Shown piece by piece: positions 25,625 through 35,101 of a stretch of 54,246 nucleotides of DNA. Position numbers and translations under genes: made by a program. Source of the stretch: a virus (lineage: Duplodnaviria; Caudoviricetes); IMG/VR virus record IMGVR_UViG_3300024275_000003, positions 1 to 54,246 of that record, one strand, 5' to 3'. The notes below the pieces were generated by a model, which ran no database searches, was not told the origin of the DNA, and was given only the letters and a program-made list of their open reading frames with translations. Position 1 is the first letter of the stretch. Each line of letters starts with the position of its first letter.

Positions 25625-25943
25625 AATCTATATTGCAGGTCCAATGCGGGGGTATGATGAACTTAACTTCCCCGCGTTCAATGCAGCAGCATATGATCTC
25701 ACAGCAGATGGCTACATCGTAGTAAATCCGGTGGATATTAATCCTGATCCAAATGCTGACTGGTTGGATTGTATGCGGAAGGATATCAAGGCTCTCGTAG
25801 ATTGTGATGCCATCTATATGCTGGAAGGATGGGAAAAGAGCGAGGGTGCAACAATTGAACATTTCATCGCAAGTCGTCTGGGCTTCGATGTATATTACGA
25901 GGTAGATGACTTGAATGATGCCGAACGAACTGACACTGAATGA
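25617..25943 (+). CDS. DUF4406 / nucleoside 2-deoxyribosyltransferase-like protein
   Basis: KIYIAGPMRG..NFPAF, VNP, CDAIYMLEGWEKSEGATIE. Confidence 0.85.
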   Translation: MTKIYIAGPMRGYDELNFPAFNAAAYDLTADGYIVVNPVDINPDPNADWLDCMRKDIKALVDCDAIYMLEGWEKSEGATIEHFIASRLGFDVYYEVDDLNDAERTDTE

Positions 25944-26094
25944 ACTAATTGAGAAGCTTGGGCAGTTGGATGAGTTGACCATCCTAGAACTGCTGGATGT
26001 TACCAGTGAAGAACTCTGTGAGTTTTTGACTGATCAGATTGTAGAAAAATACGACCAACTAATTGAGTATTTCTCAGATGACGAAGAAGAATGA
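25915..26094 (+). CDS. Small acidic phage protein
   Basis: Manual ORF MMPNELTLNELIEKLGQLDELTILELLDVTSEEL. Confidence 0.65.
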   Translation: MMPNELTLNELIEKLGQLDELTILELLDVTSEELCEFLTDQIVEKYDQLIEYFSDDEEE

Positions 26095-26254
26095 GTTTCG
26101 CACGAAGCGTAAGCAGCAAGTAGAAGCAACTGCAGACGAACGCAAGAAGGAGATCGATGACTTCCTTCGAGATCAGTATGCAGCAACAGCGAAGGCTCGT
26201 GAGATCATTGAAGAGTATCTGGATGGTACACCCAACACAGGAGAACGCCAGTAA
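26078..26254 (+). CDS. Hypothetical protein
   Basis: MTKKNEFRTKRKQQ..., abuts RNR. Confidence 0.55.
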   Translation: MTKKNEFRTKRKQQVEATADERKKEIDDFLRDQYAATAKAREIIEEYLDGTPNTGERQ

Positions 26255-28132
26255 TTGGACAACCTACAAACATACGTCTATAAGTCGCGGTACGCTCGGT
26301 GGCTGGATAAGGAAGGTCGTCGGGAGAAGTGGGAAGAAACGGTAGCCCGATATTGTGATTTCTGGAAAGGTCGATTTGGTGATACCTTTCCGTACAAGGA
26401 AATCTACGACGCTATTTATAAGATGGAAGTGATGCCGTCAATGCGGGCTTTGATGACAGCTGGTCCGGCACTTGAACGAGATAACATCGCTGGATACAAC
26501 TGTTCTTACATCCCCATTCTGGATGCGAAGTGTTTCGATGAAGTGATGTTCATCCTCATGAATGGTACGGGTGTTGGGTTCTCCGTAGAACGACAGTACA
26601 TCAATAAACTACCGGAGGTGCCTGAGAAGATCCATGATAGCGAAACAGTTATTGTTGTCTCTGACAGTAAGCAAGGATGGGCATCAGCCTTTAGACAACT
26701 TGTCGCACTTCTATATAGTGGCCAAGCGCCCCGATGGGACCTGTCTCGAATTCGTCCTGCCGGTGCACGACTCCGAACATTTGGTGGTCGCGCTTCTGGA
26801 CCTGATCCACTGGCCGAACTTTTCCGATTTACGGTCGCCCTATTCCGGCAAGCCGCTGGACGAAAGCTAAACTCTCTGGAGTGCCACGACCTTGTTTGTA
26901 AGATCGCTCAGATTGTGGTTGTTGGTGGTGTTCGTCGCAGTGCTCTCATTAGTCTATCTAATCTCACTGATGAGCGGATGCGAAACGCTAAAAACGGTGC
27001 TTGGTGGGAGTCTAGCGGTCAGCGTGCTCTTGCGAACAACTCTGTAGCATATACTGAGAAGCCGGACATTGGTATCTTTATGAAGGAGTGGCATGCCCTC
27101 TACGAATCAAAGAGCGGAGAGCGAGGCGTTTATAATCGAGTCTCTGCAAAGAAGCAAGCAGCAGCTACGGGACGTAGAGAAACAGATCACGAATTTGGAA
27201 CGAACCCTTGCGGAGAAATTATCCTTCGCCCATTCGGATTCTGCAATCTCACGGAAGTTGTTGTACGATCTGGAGACACTAGTGATAACCTTAAACGAAA
27301 AGTTCGATTGGCGGCTATCCTGGGAACTTTCCAATCTACTCTCACAGATTTCAAGTACATCCGAAAACAATGGGTAACCAATGCTGAAGAAGAGCGACTT
27401 CTGGGGGTTAGTCTTACTGGTATTATGGACCACCCTGTCCTTAGCGGTACTAGTGGGGACTCTCTCGATGTCCTTCTGGATGAAATGAAAAATGAATCCA
27501 TTAAAGCGAATATGGAATGGGCTGATCGACTGGGTACCAATCCTAGCGCTGCCATTACTACTGTTAAGCCTAGTGGCACTGTTTCTCAGTTGGTGGACTC
27601 CGCATCCGGTATTCATCCTCGCCACAATGCTCATTACATTCGTACTGTCCGTGCTGATGTAAAGGACCCGTTGGCAACTTTCCTTAAGGATAAGAATGTA
27701 CCTTGTGAAGTTGATCTTACTAATGCTTCTAACCTCGTTTTTTCTTTTCCCGTGGCTGCACCTGCTAAGTCTATTACACGATCGGACCGCACGGCCCTCG
27801 AACAGTTGGAGCATTACCTTACTTTTAAGCGCCATTGGTGCGAACATAATCCTTCTATTACGGTCTATGTAAAAGAGCATGAATGGCTGGATGTGGGAGC
27901 TTGGGTCTATCGTAATCTGGATGATGTGGGGGGCGTGTCTTTTCTACCTCATAGTGAGCATGTGTATCAGCAAGCTCCTTATCAGGATATTACAGAAGAT
28001 GAATACAAGAAACTCTCCAAGGAATTCCCTGTGATTGACTGGAATGAGTTTGATGGGTATGAGTTGGGGGAAGATACAACCAAGGGAGCGCAGGAATATT
28101 CGTGCTCGGCGGGATTTTGCGAGGTGATCTAA
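26255..28132 (+). CDS. nrdJ: Class II (adenosylcobalamin-dependent) ribonucleotide reductase
   Basis: MPSMRAL, YNCS, GTGVGFS, GGVRRSA, TNPCGEI, CNLTE, TVKPSGTVS, C-terminal CSAGFC; no beta subunit gene. Confidence 0.9.
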   Translation: MDNLQTYVYKSRYARWLDKEGRREKWEETVARYCDFWKGRFGDTFPYKEIYDAIYKMEVMPSMRALMTAGPALERDNIAGYNCSYIPILDAKCFDEVMFILMNGTGVGFSVERQYINKLPEVPEKIHDSETVIVVSDSKQGWASAFRQLVALLYSGQAPRWDLSRIRPAGARLRTFGGRASGPDPLAELFRFTVALFRQAAGRKLNSLECHDLVCKIAQIVVVGGVRRSALISLSNLTDERMRNAKNGAWWESSGQRALANNSVAYTEKPDIGIFMKEWHALYESKSGERGVYNRVSAKKQAAATGRRETDHEFGTNPCGEIILRPFGFCNLTEVVVRSGDTSDNLKRKVRLAAILGTFQSTLTDFKYIRKQWVTNAEEERLLGVSLTGIMDHPVLSGTSGDSLDVLLDEMKNESIKANMEWADRLGTNPSAAITTVKPSGTVSQLVDSASGIHPRHNAHYIRTVRADVKDPLATFLKDKNVPCEVDLTNASNLVFSFPVAAPAKSITRSDRTALEQLEHYLTFKRHWCEHNPSITVYVKEHEWLDVGAWVYRNLDDVGGVSFLPHSEHVYQQAPYQDITEDEYKKLSKEFPVIDWNEFDGYELGEDTTKGAQEYSCSAGFCEVI

Positions 28133-28359
28133 TGTGTATTGTTAGTGCAGTTCATGATTCGATTCAACAACAGTTTCCTATTTATAATTCAACGGGTTCT
28201 GTCTGGACTTGGGAACTTTACTATAAGTTGCAGGAAGTTATCAAGAAGGTAGAGGAACTGGATAAGTTGGCCGGTGCTCCAGATTGTGTTGATCCAGCCA
28301 AGGCCAAGTTCGTTGCAGAGATTTTGGATTATCTTGAAAAGAAGGATAAACTTAAATAA
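28132..28359 (+). CDS. Hypothetical protein
   Basis: GAGGT SD, MCIVSAVHD. Confidence 0.65.
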   Translation: MCIVSAVHDSIQQQFPIYNSTGSVWTWELYYKLQEVIKKVEELDKLAGAPDCVDPAKAKFVAEILDYLEKKDKLK

Positions 28360-28496
28360 TGTTCCAATTCAGCTTTATTAAGGGAATCTCCCTAGGCATT
28401 GAGTATGATGACCACCCTGATTTGGGATTCGCCATTAACTGTGATCTAGGGATCTTCCGTGTTACTTTCTTTAAAGATATTGTTCTTGAAGATTAG
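28359..28496 (+). CDS. Small hypothetical protein, last gene of the + arm
   Basis: Manual ORF MFQFSFIKGISLGIEY...DLGIFRVTF, coupled TAATG. Confidence 0.55.
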   Translation: MFQFSFIKGISLGIEYDDHPDLGFAINCDLGIFRVTFFKDIVLED

Positions 28497-29389
28497 CGGG
28501 TGATGAGAACAGGAACACTATTATCCCAACTAGTATTCCACATCTGGGTAGCCGAACCGTGGAACTTTGGATTTATAAGGGTAATGTTACCTGACATACT
28601 GTAATTACCAGCGGTAAGAGCAAGCCAGTAAAGGGCTCGACCCGTACTACCGTAATCTTCAAAATTATCTATGGCAATGCTGACATTCTGAGGATTAGCT
28701 CCCGGCAGATTCTGAAAGCTGAATCGAAGACCATTTGTATTGTTAACTGACTTCGCACCAGAAACTGTAATATTCTGGAGGACATCACCATTAACATTCG
28801 GTTCAAAGTCAATCAGTGCTGCCGGGTCTGCTGTAGTATGATTCTGGCCATATAGATCAGAGAGTAGTAGTCCATTAGCAGATACTACCGACACAGCATC
28901 ACGCCCGCAGTTGTACACTCGGGCACCAACAATCTTGATATTTGTTGGTGGAGTGTTAGCTCCAGTATATGAACCCCGGATATAGATACCATCCCCCCAA
29001 CAGTTCCAAACCTCTGGATTGTAGATCGTGACGTTGGAACCACCCGCGATAGCAATACCCATACCAATACGACTCGCACCTGTCGATGCGGAGTTGGTTT
29101 CGTTGGACCCATCTACTTTCGGATTCCAGAGGGTGATGTTATTGCCCATACACATAATCAGATCGTAATTTACTACCGAAGTTGGTAGGAGCTTGAGACG
29201 TGCGAAACGATCAAAAATTACCTTGGCATTATCAGGCATTAGAATACCCTGATCATTGATGCGAATATCCTTGGTAATCAGCAGAGTCTCTCCCGCAGTA
29301 GTGGCAGTGTTGACTGCATTCTGAAGGGTGGTTGTTTCATCACTCCCATTACCGGTAATACCTAATGATACGTCAGTAACAGTGGTCAT
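28493..29389 (-). CDS. Right-handed beta-helix (pectin lyase-like) protein, possible depolymerase
   Basis: LGITGNGSDETTTLQNAVN, NCWGDGIYI, NCGRDAVSV, IDFEPN. Confidence 0.75.
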   Translation of the reverse strand: MTTVTDVSLGITGNGSDETTTLQNAVNTATTAGETLLITKDIRINDQGILMPDNAKVIFDRFARLKLLPTSVVNYDLIMCMGNNITLWNPKVDGSNETNSASTGASRIGMGIAIAGGSNVTIYNPEVWNCWGDGIYIRGSYTGANTPPTNIKIVGARVYNCGRDAVSVVSANGLLLSDLYGQNHTTADPAALIDFEPNVNGDVLQNITVSGAKSVNNTNGLRFSFQNLPGANPQNVSIAIDNFEDYGSTGRALYWLALTAGNYSMSGNITLINPKFHGSATQMWNTSWDNSVPVLITR

Positions 29390-29390
29390 G

Positions 29391-29816
29391 TTATTTATTG
29401 GCCTCTATAAATTTAGATAAATCATTTAATCGATTCAACCAGCCCGCTTGGTATTTTGCCATTGCGGGCTTTTGTTTTATCAGATTCAGGTAATAATTCT
29501 TACACAAGGATACAAATTGGACCCAATCCTTAGTCTGTGCAAGAAACTGCTTAGCGCGGCCCACACCCATGTTGACTGCACAGTTAAGTGCCGCACACGC
29601 AAGGGAAGGATCGAGCGTATCTCCTTGGATGGCGTCCCAGTAGTCTCGCTTATAGATATCCTGAGCGGCTTGCCGAGTGAGGTTCTTGATATCGACATTT
29701 GGATAGGCCCTTTTGGAGATACCAAAGTTTGTTTCTCCACCCGGGTCAACGGCATCATTAACATAACCGCCTTCCCACTTGAAGATGAAGGTCATATCGA
29801 TAGCGAAGCTTAACAT
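29391..29816 (-). CDS. Endolysin, glycoside hydrolase family 108
   Basis: EGGYVND..DPGGETNFGIS, IYKRDYW, GWLNR. Confidence 0.92.
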   Translation of the reverse strand: MLSFAIDMTFIFKWEGGYVNDAVDPGGETNFGISKRAYPNVDIKNLTRQAAQDIYKRDYWDAIQGDTLDPSLACAALNCAVNMGVGRAKQFLAQTKDWVQFVSLCKNYYLNLIKQKPAMAKYQAGWLNRLNDLSKFIEANK

Positions 29817-29828
29817 AACAGTTTCCTT

Positions 29829-32800
29829 TTATTTCATATTTTGATAACGCTGGAAGTTGAGGATCGATTGCAATGAGCCCTTTGGAATACCTTGAGCACG
29901 TTCAGCAGCGGTACGAACCTGACCCATACCAAGATGTTCTTGGACAGCCTTGACGATCTCGTTGGGATCTCCATTGTTAGCAATGTATTTCTGTGAGTAT
30001 TCAGATTGGATCTTGTTGACCAGTTCTGGAGTAACCTTCTTGCCGTTAGAGTCAATATCCTTCAACACACGTTGGATAATATCCTGCTTGACTTCCCCTT
30101 GATCCACTGCCGTCTCTTTGTTTACCGAAGTCGTCAGAGCTTCATTAGCCTCATTCAACGGACGGAAACCAAAGTTACGAACAGCCATATCCTTCGTGGT
30201 ACGTCGGGTACGGAGTTCACCAGTCTTAGGATCGAAGTAGTTACCCTTCTGGTCCGTAAACATGGTATTCTCCAACGGACCCCTCGCCGAGTTAGGTGAG
30301 ATCCCATAAAGAGCCGCCTTGGCTGTAGCTGAGTTCGGATCATGGAGATACGTGTAAGCTGACTTAGCATACTCAGCCAACGGGGTTGCTTGAGGAACCA
30401 ACGCACCTAACGGATCATTCGGGATATCATCAGCGTGGCTCAATGAACCCGTCATGTTGATACCAAGACCGGCAGGAAGACCAAACTTCACCATGTTAGC
30501 CATCGTCTCATTCTTACCATGGAGGAAGTGTAACAGCATTTCATCAATGCTGGTAGGCTTCTGCATATAGTTATTCTTGGCAGCCCAAGTCGTCAGATTA
30601 GACACAGCACTGTTAGCAAGAGTGTAAGCCATGATACCACGTACACCAGCAGCCATCATCGATGTAGCCATCACGTTAGCCATAGGACCGAGTTTACCAT
30701 TCAAGGCATACTTGCTTGCACGGCTAAACTGATCAATCTGATTAAACTTATACCGAGTTAACATGGCAGTCAGATCACCAAGGAAACCCATCTTCCCAAA
30801 GACACCGGGACGTTCCCACGAGTTATAGTCCACCATCACATCACGCATAGCGTTGTGAGCAGCCGGGAAGATTTCCTTTTCAGGCAACCCAAGATCACGC
30901 AGCATATGGGAGTAGTACATGTAGGTAAACGAACGCGTAGCTGTTTCCATACCAGTAACGTTGAATTCAGCGGCCTTGTGAAGATTAGCACCTAGACGGC
31001 TACGGTTAATATCCGTCAAGTTACCAAACTGGAACTGCGTGGTGTTGAGAGTATCGTTAGCTTTGGCATAATCCATAGCACGTTTCTCAAAGCCTTTCAG
31101 TTCACCACCAGCAAGAGCTTTACTGATCTCTATCTGACTAGCAAAAGATTTAGCAACAGCCGTCAACTGCTTCAGACCTAGTTTGGCACCTTCAGCCCGC
31201 ATCAACGAGTTAACAACTGGGATACCCTGCAACGGCTGAATAAGAGTCACAAATGAGTGGCTTAATTTACCCAAACCAATGAACATGGTAAGCAGGTTGG
31301 TCTTGATAGCACTAGATGCTCCTCGAAGGATACTAGGACCAAGGCCAGTACTCTCAGCAACTGCGTTGATCATTGCATTGGTGAAATCAGAAGCAGGGCC
31401 TTGGTTACGACGTTGGACAATATCCAGATACCGTTGTACCGCAGCTTTGGCATTCGGAGCAGAGATCTCCGGATCAGTAGTGAATTCACTGATCTTACCC
31501 AGAGCTTCTTGAGTGTTAGCCCAAGTGTGCATTGCTTCCTGTGCCTTCAGGAAATTCTTCATCCCCTCCCGCGCATTAGCGATTTGGCTCTGCCAACTCT
31601 TACGCCCCTCTGCACCAATCACACCTTCCTTCGACTTGAACGCAGCACGATACTTCATCGCTGTCTGTCCATCGTTAGTCAGATATTCCCGATACGCATC
31701 CACAACCTTAGCCACAACATCTGAGCGTTCAGCCATGTCATTCAGGATATTCATATAGCCAGTATAGCGGTCTACCTGATTACCCTCACTGAGCTTACGC
31801 ATCTCAATGGGACCGGCAGTGTGACCTTCACCAAGTTGTTCCATTACACGGTTGGTGATCGTATCTACAGCACTGCGCAGGTTGTGAGCAATGACTGCAA
31901 CCACCTTACCATCAGCATCAGTAATCACACGCTTGAAGTCACCAAGGAAGTGACCCGCAATGTGAGCAATACGAGCTTCTACCGGCTTCAGACCAGCTTG
32001 AATACGGCCCTTGTTAAGGGCATCCAGATTGACCTTGTCCAGTTGACGCATCTTCTGGTACACTTCAATCTGCTTATCGTTGAATCCTGCACGCTTCATC
32101 TGGTCAGGAGTAAATTCACGTACACCCTCATTGTCTTGCATCATCTGCCAGACGCTACCAAACTCATCATCAGTTAGTGCTCGTACCTTATTGCGGATAC
32201 CGTCTTTACCAGTCAGGTTTTCCCGAACAAATTGAGCAGAATTGCGGAAGGCACGATCCATCGTCTCCACTGCAAACTTCACCAGAGGATGATGGGTAAA
32301 CGCCTGAAGCTGTTGACCGGTGAGGAAGTTGTCCCGCATAAAGCCTTGGAACGTCTTATCACCAGACGCCAGATCGGGTGCCTGTTGCATAGCTTGCTTC
32401 AACTGCTCGGGAGACAAATCCTCCCGTGCTTCAAAAGGGAGGTAGTCTTTGAGTCCCTCCCTCAGACCCGGTACACCATTCAATACTTGTTTGGGTTGTT
32501 CGTTGACCGTGGTAGGCCACTCTTTAGATGCTTCACGAGCGATAGCATCCCGGATACCTTGAGCAAAGATCTTACCCGTTGAGTCCAGATTACTGAACTT
32601 CTTGGGGAGCTTGTCAAGAGTACGGAACACAACACCGTGCAGAGCTTTCAGGATAGCTCCGAGAGAGCGCATCAATTCAGGCAGATGGCCAAAGGTAAAC
32701 ATATTGACTGTGCCATCACGCTCCCAAGGGAGAGTAGTATCCTTGTCAACTCCAAGAGCTTTGGCGATATTGTCCTTAGACTTCTCCAGAGTCTTTGTCG

Positions 32801-35099
32801 CCTCTTTCAGTTGCCTTTCCAAAGCTACTGTAGAAGAACCACCCGCCCGAAGACCAGAACGGGCTGCATCAAGTTGAGCCGAGAGACGTTCAACACGAGA
32901 TTGGTTAGCCTTAACTGTGGGATGATTATCCACACGTTCAGAACGAACAGCGTCTCGTACAGCTTCAGTGTATTTCTTTGCAATATCATCCAGACCAATA
33001 GAACCTGATACCATGTTTTGATACTGACCATATGCTCTTTCTACATCATTTGGCATAGGGAACTTCTCAGGATCTCGTTGTGCCAAAGTTTCCAGAGCTT
33101 GAGTAAACTCTTCTGGAGTTGCTGCGCGCTCTACCGGACTACCCTCCACTGCGTGACTAACCCCACTCATCGGATCTACAGCTTCAATAGGAGTTTTTGA
33201 TAAGGCATCCGTACGCTGCTTCATAATGTCCCGAGCTTGGCGGAAAGCCTGTCCTTCGGGAGTACGCATAGCCTTTGCTGACTCAAGAGGGGGAATTTCC
33301 CCAAGTTGATCCGCATGATCATATAACTGAGTGGCTAGCCCCTTTCGTCGGAAAGCAGGTTCAACCTCAACACCAGGTTCCAAACCAGTTCCCTTACCAC
33401 CGAAACTCGCAATACCAACAGTATTACCTTGCGCATCAACTGCTCGAATAGTATGTGTATTTGCCCCAAAAGAGTCATCAAAAGAGTGTTCCAATGTTAC
33501 TGGAGTACCATCTTTCAACGTAATAGTTTTTTGTCCATTGGCATCAAAACCAGCTTGACGTGCTTGTAAAGAGTCTCTAGCAGAGGCAAAACTTTCTGGA
33601 AACACTTCTCCGCCAGCGCTAACGCGCAGGGGTTCATCATTTCCAAGCTGTAATTCACCTTGACGGCGATTAGACAACTCACCACGTACCCCAGATTCTC
33701 CGGGTTGGGTCAGATCAAAGTCACCTGTAGCCAGGCGATTAGGATTAAAGGGACTTGCTTCATTCTGACCAAGAGTTTCAGGGAAGAGATCACCAGCTTG
33801 TTGTTGAGCTTGGGTATTTACTTGCTCTGCCCTACGGCGACCTTCTTCTGCCGCCAGTTGTTCGAACGAAGGTTCGACACCAGCGGGTGTAGCTGTACCT
33901 GCTTGATCCACCATGATCGGACGTTGCGGACCGGCGTTAGGCTGACCTTGCATCGGGCCACCACCTTCAGGGAAAGGACCTGTAGGCGTGTACGTTTGTT
34001 GGTCAAGGGGAGTACCCTCACCATACAACTTCTGGAGTTTATCCAGTTCACCAGCAGCACCCGTATCCTTGATGGGCATACCCTTTTCAGTTTTTGCTGC
34101 TTTGAGTCCCTCACCACCCATCAGCATAGGACCGACGTTAGCTACCACATCAGCAGCAGTCTTGGCTACTTCTTGTGCAGTAGGATTCTTGGCAAGGTCT
34201 TCACCGATGAAAGGAATAGCACCGAGGGCTGTAACTGCACCTTGTTCCATTGCACCTTGCACAGCACCAAACCCTTCACCAAGCTTCTGAGCAAACGCCT
34301 GACCTTGTGGAGTACGGGGTTGGTACGTCATTGCTTTTTGGGTATTCTCAATATCTTGAACAGCGTTCTGAGAGTTACCAGTTGCAATGTCATAGAGGGA
34401 ACGAAGACCACCAGCAGCCATACCAGCACCACCAGATGCCATGTTAGCTGCCATCTCACCAGCACCCTGCACAGCGTTTACAGAATTATCAATACCCTGC
34501 TTGGTCTGGTTAAGGAATGCATCCGCCCGACCACGGGCTGCCGATTGCTGGCTAGGCGGAGGACCACTAGGTGTCCAGCCGGGAGGAGCATCACTCTTGG
34601 TCCATCCTTCGTCGTCTGCACTGCCTTGTGCCGGGTTGTAATTGATGGGACTTTCAACATTTTTTTGTCCGACTTTCTGGTTCCATTTATTGACGTAGTC
34701 AGTCGTCTCAGGATTGTCCGGAGTAGTACGACCACTATTATACATAGCAAGGGAGCCATTAATATCACCACCAGTACGATCCAGATTCTGGAGCATCAGG
34801 TACCGATGAGCAATCATCTGATCGTTGACGTTATGGATATCCATCTTACGACCAAGTTGTTTAGCGATAGCATCAAAGGTAGATGGCATCATCTGAGCAA
34901 CACCAGTAGCCCCTTTGGGACTCACAGCGTTATTGTCGCCATTCGATTCAATACCGATCTGCGCGGCTGTGCCTCCCGTAGGCCAGTTGGGATGGGCAGC
35001 TTGAATTGCTCGATCATTCATGGAATACTGGACAGGAAGTGGAACAGCCCCCGAAGGGACTGCCGACCAACCACCGTTGTTGTTATCGCTGTCAGCCAT
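29829..35099 (-). CDS. Large internal virion/ejection protein with lytic transglycosylase domain and GNAT-like insert
   Basis: IESNGDNNAVSPKGATGVAQMMPST, AMYNSG, ETTDYV; VEVEPAFRRKGLATQLY; 1756 aa at end of tail module. Confidence 0.85.
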   Translation of the reverse strand: MADSDNNNGGWSAVPSGAVPLPVQYSMNDRAIQAAHPNWPTGGTAAQIGIESNGDNNAVSPKGATGVAQMMPSTFDAIAKQLGRKMDIHNVNDQMIAHRYLMLQNLDRTGGDINGSLAMYNSGRTTPDNPETTDYVNKWNQKVGQKNVESPINYNPAQGSADDEGWTKSDAPPGWTPSGPPPSQQSAARGRADAFLNQTKQGIDNSVNAVQGAGEMAANMASGGAGMAAGGLRSLYDIATGNSQNAVQDIENTQKAMTYQPRTPQGQAFAQKLGEGFGAVQGAMEQGAVTALGAIPFIGEDLAKNPTAQEVAKTAADVVANVGPMLMGGEGLKAAKTEKGMPIKDTGAAGELDKLQKLYGEGTPLDQQTYTPTGPFPEGGGPMQGQPNAGPQRPIMVDQAGTATPAGVEPSFEQLAAEEGRRRAEQVNTQAQQQAGDLFPETLGQNEASPFNPNRLATGDFDLTQPGESGVRGELSNRRQGELQLGNDEPLRVSAGGEVFPESFASARDSLQARQAGFDANGQKTITLKDGTPVTLEHSFDDSFGANTHTIRAVDAQGNTVGIASFGGKGTGLEPGVEVEPAFRRKGLATQLYDHADQLGEIPPLESAKAMRTPEGQAFRQARDIMKQRTDALSKTPIEAVDPMSGVSHAVEGSPVERAATPEEFTQALETLAQRDPEKFPMPNDVERAYGQYQNMVSGSIGLDDIAKKYTEAVRDAVRSERVDNHPTVKANQSRVERLSAQLDAARSGLRAGGSSTVALERQLKEATKTLEKSKDNIAKALGVDKDTTLPWERDGTVNMFTFGHLPELMRSLGAILKALHGVVFRTLDKLPKKFSNLDSTGKIFAQGIRDAIAREASKEWPTTVNEQPKQVLNGVPGLREGLKDYLPFEAREDLSPEQLKQAMQQAPDLASGDKTFQGFMRDNFLTGQQLQAFTHHPLVKFAVETMDRAFRNSAQFVRENLTGKDGIRNKVRALTDDEFGSVWQMMQDNEGVREFTPDQMKRAGFNDKQIEVYQKMRQLDKVNLDALNKGRIQAGLKPVEARIAHIAGHFLGDFKRVITDADGKVVAVIAHNLRSAVDTITNRVMEQLGEGHTAGPIEMRKLSEGNQVDRYTGYMNILNDMAERSDVVAKVVDAYREYLTNDGQTAMKYRAAFKSKEGVIGAEGRKSWQSQIANAREGMKNFLKAQEAMHTWANTQEALGKISEFTTDPEISAPNAKAAVQRYLDIVQRRNQGPASDFTNAMINAVAESTGLGPSILRGASSAIKTNLLTMFIGLGKLSHSFVTLIQPLQGIPVVNSLMRAEGAKLGLKQLTAVAKSFASQIEISKALAGGELKGFEKRAMDYAKANDTLNTTQFQFGNLTDINRSRLGANLHKAAEFNVTGMETATRSFTYMYYSHMLRDLGLPEKEIFPAAHNAMRDVMVDYNSWERPGVFGKMGFLGDLTAMLTRYKFNQIDQFSRASKYALNGKLGPMANVMATSMMAAGVRGIMAYTLANSAVSNLTTWAAKNNYMQKPTSIDEMLLHFLHGKNETMANMVKFGLPAGLGINMTGSLSHADDIPNDPLGALVPQATPLAEYAKSAYTYLHDPNSATAKAALYGISPNSARGPLENTMFTDQKGNYFDPKTGELRTRRTTKDMAVRNFGFRPLNEANEALTTSVNKETAVDQGEVKQDIIQRVLKDIDSNGKKVTPELVNKIQSEYSQKYIANNGDPNEIVKAVQEHLGMGQVRTAAERAQGIPKGSLQSILNFQRYQNMK

Positions 35100-35101
35100 A
35101 G

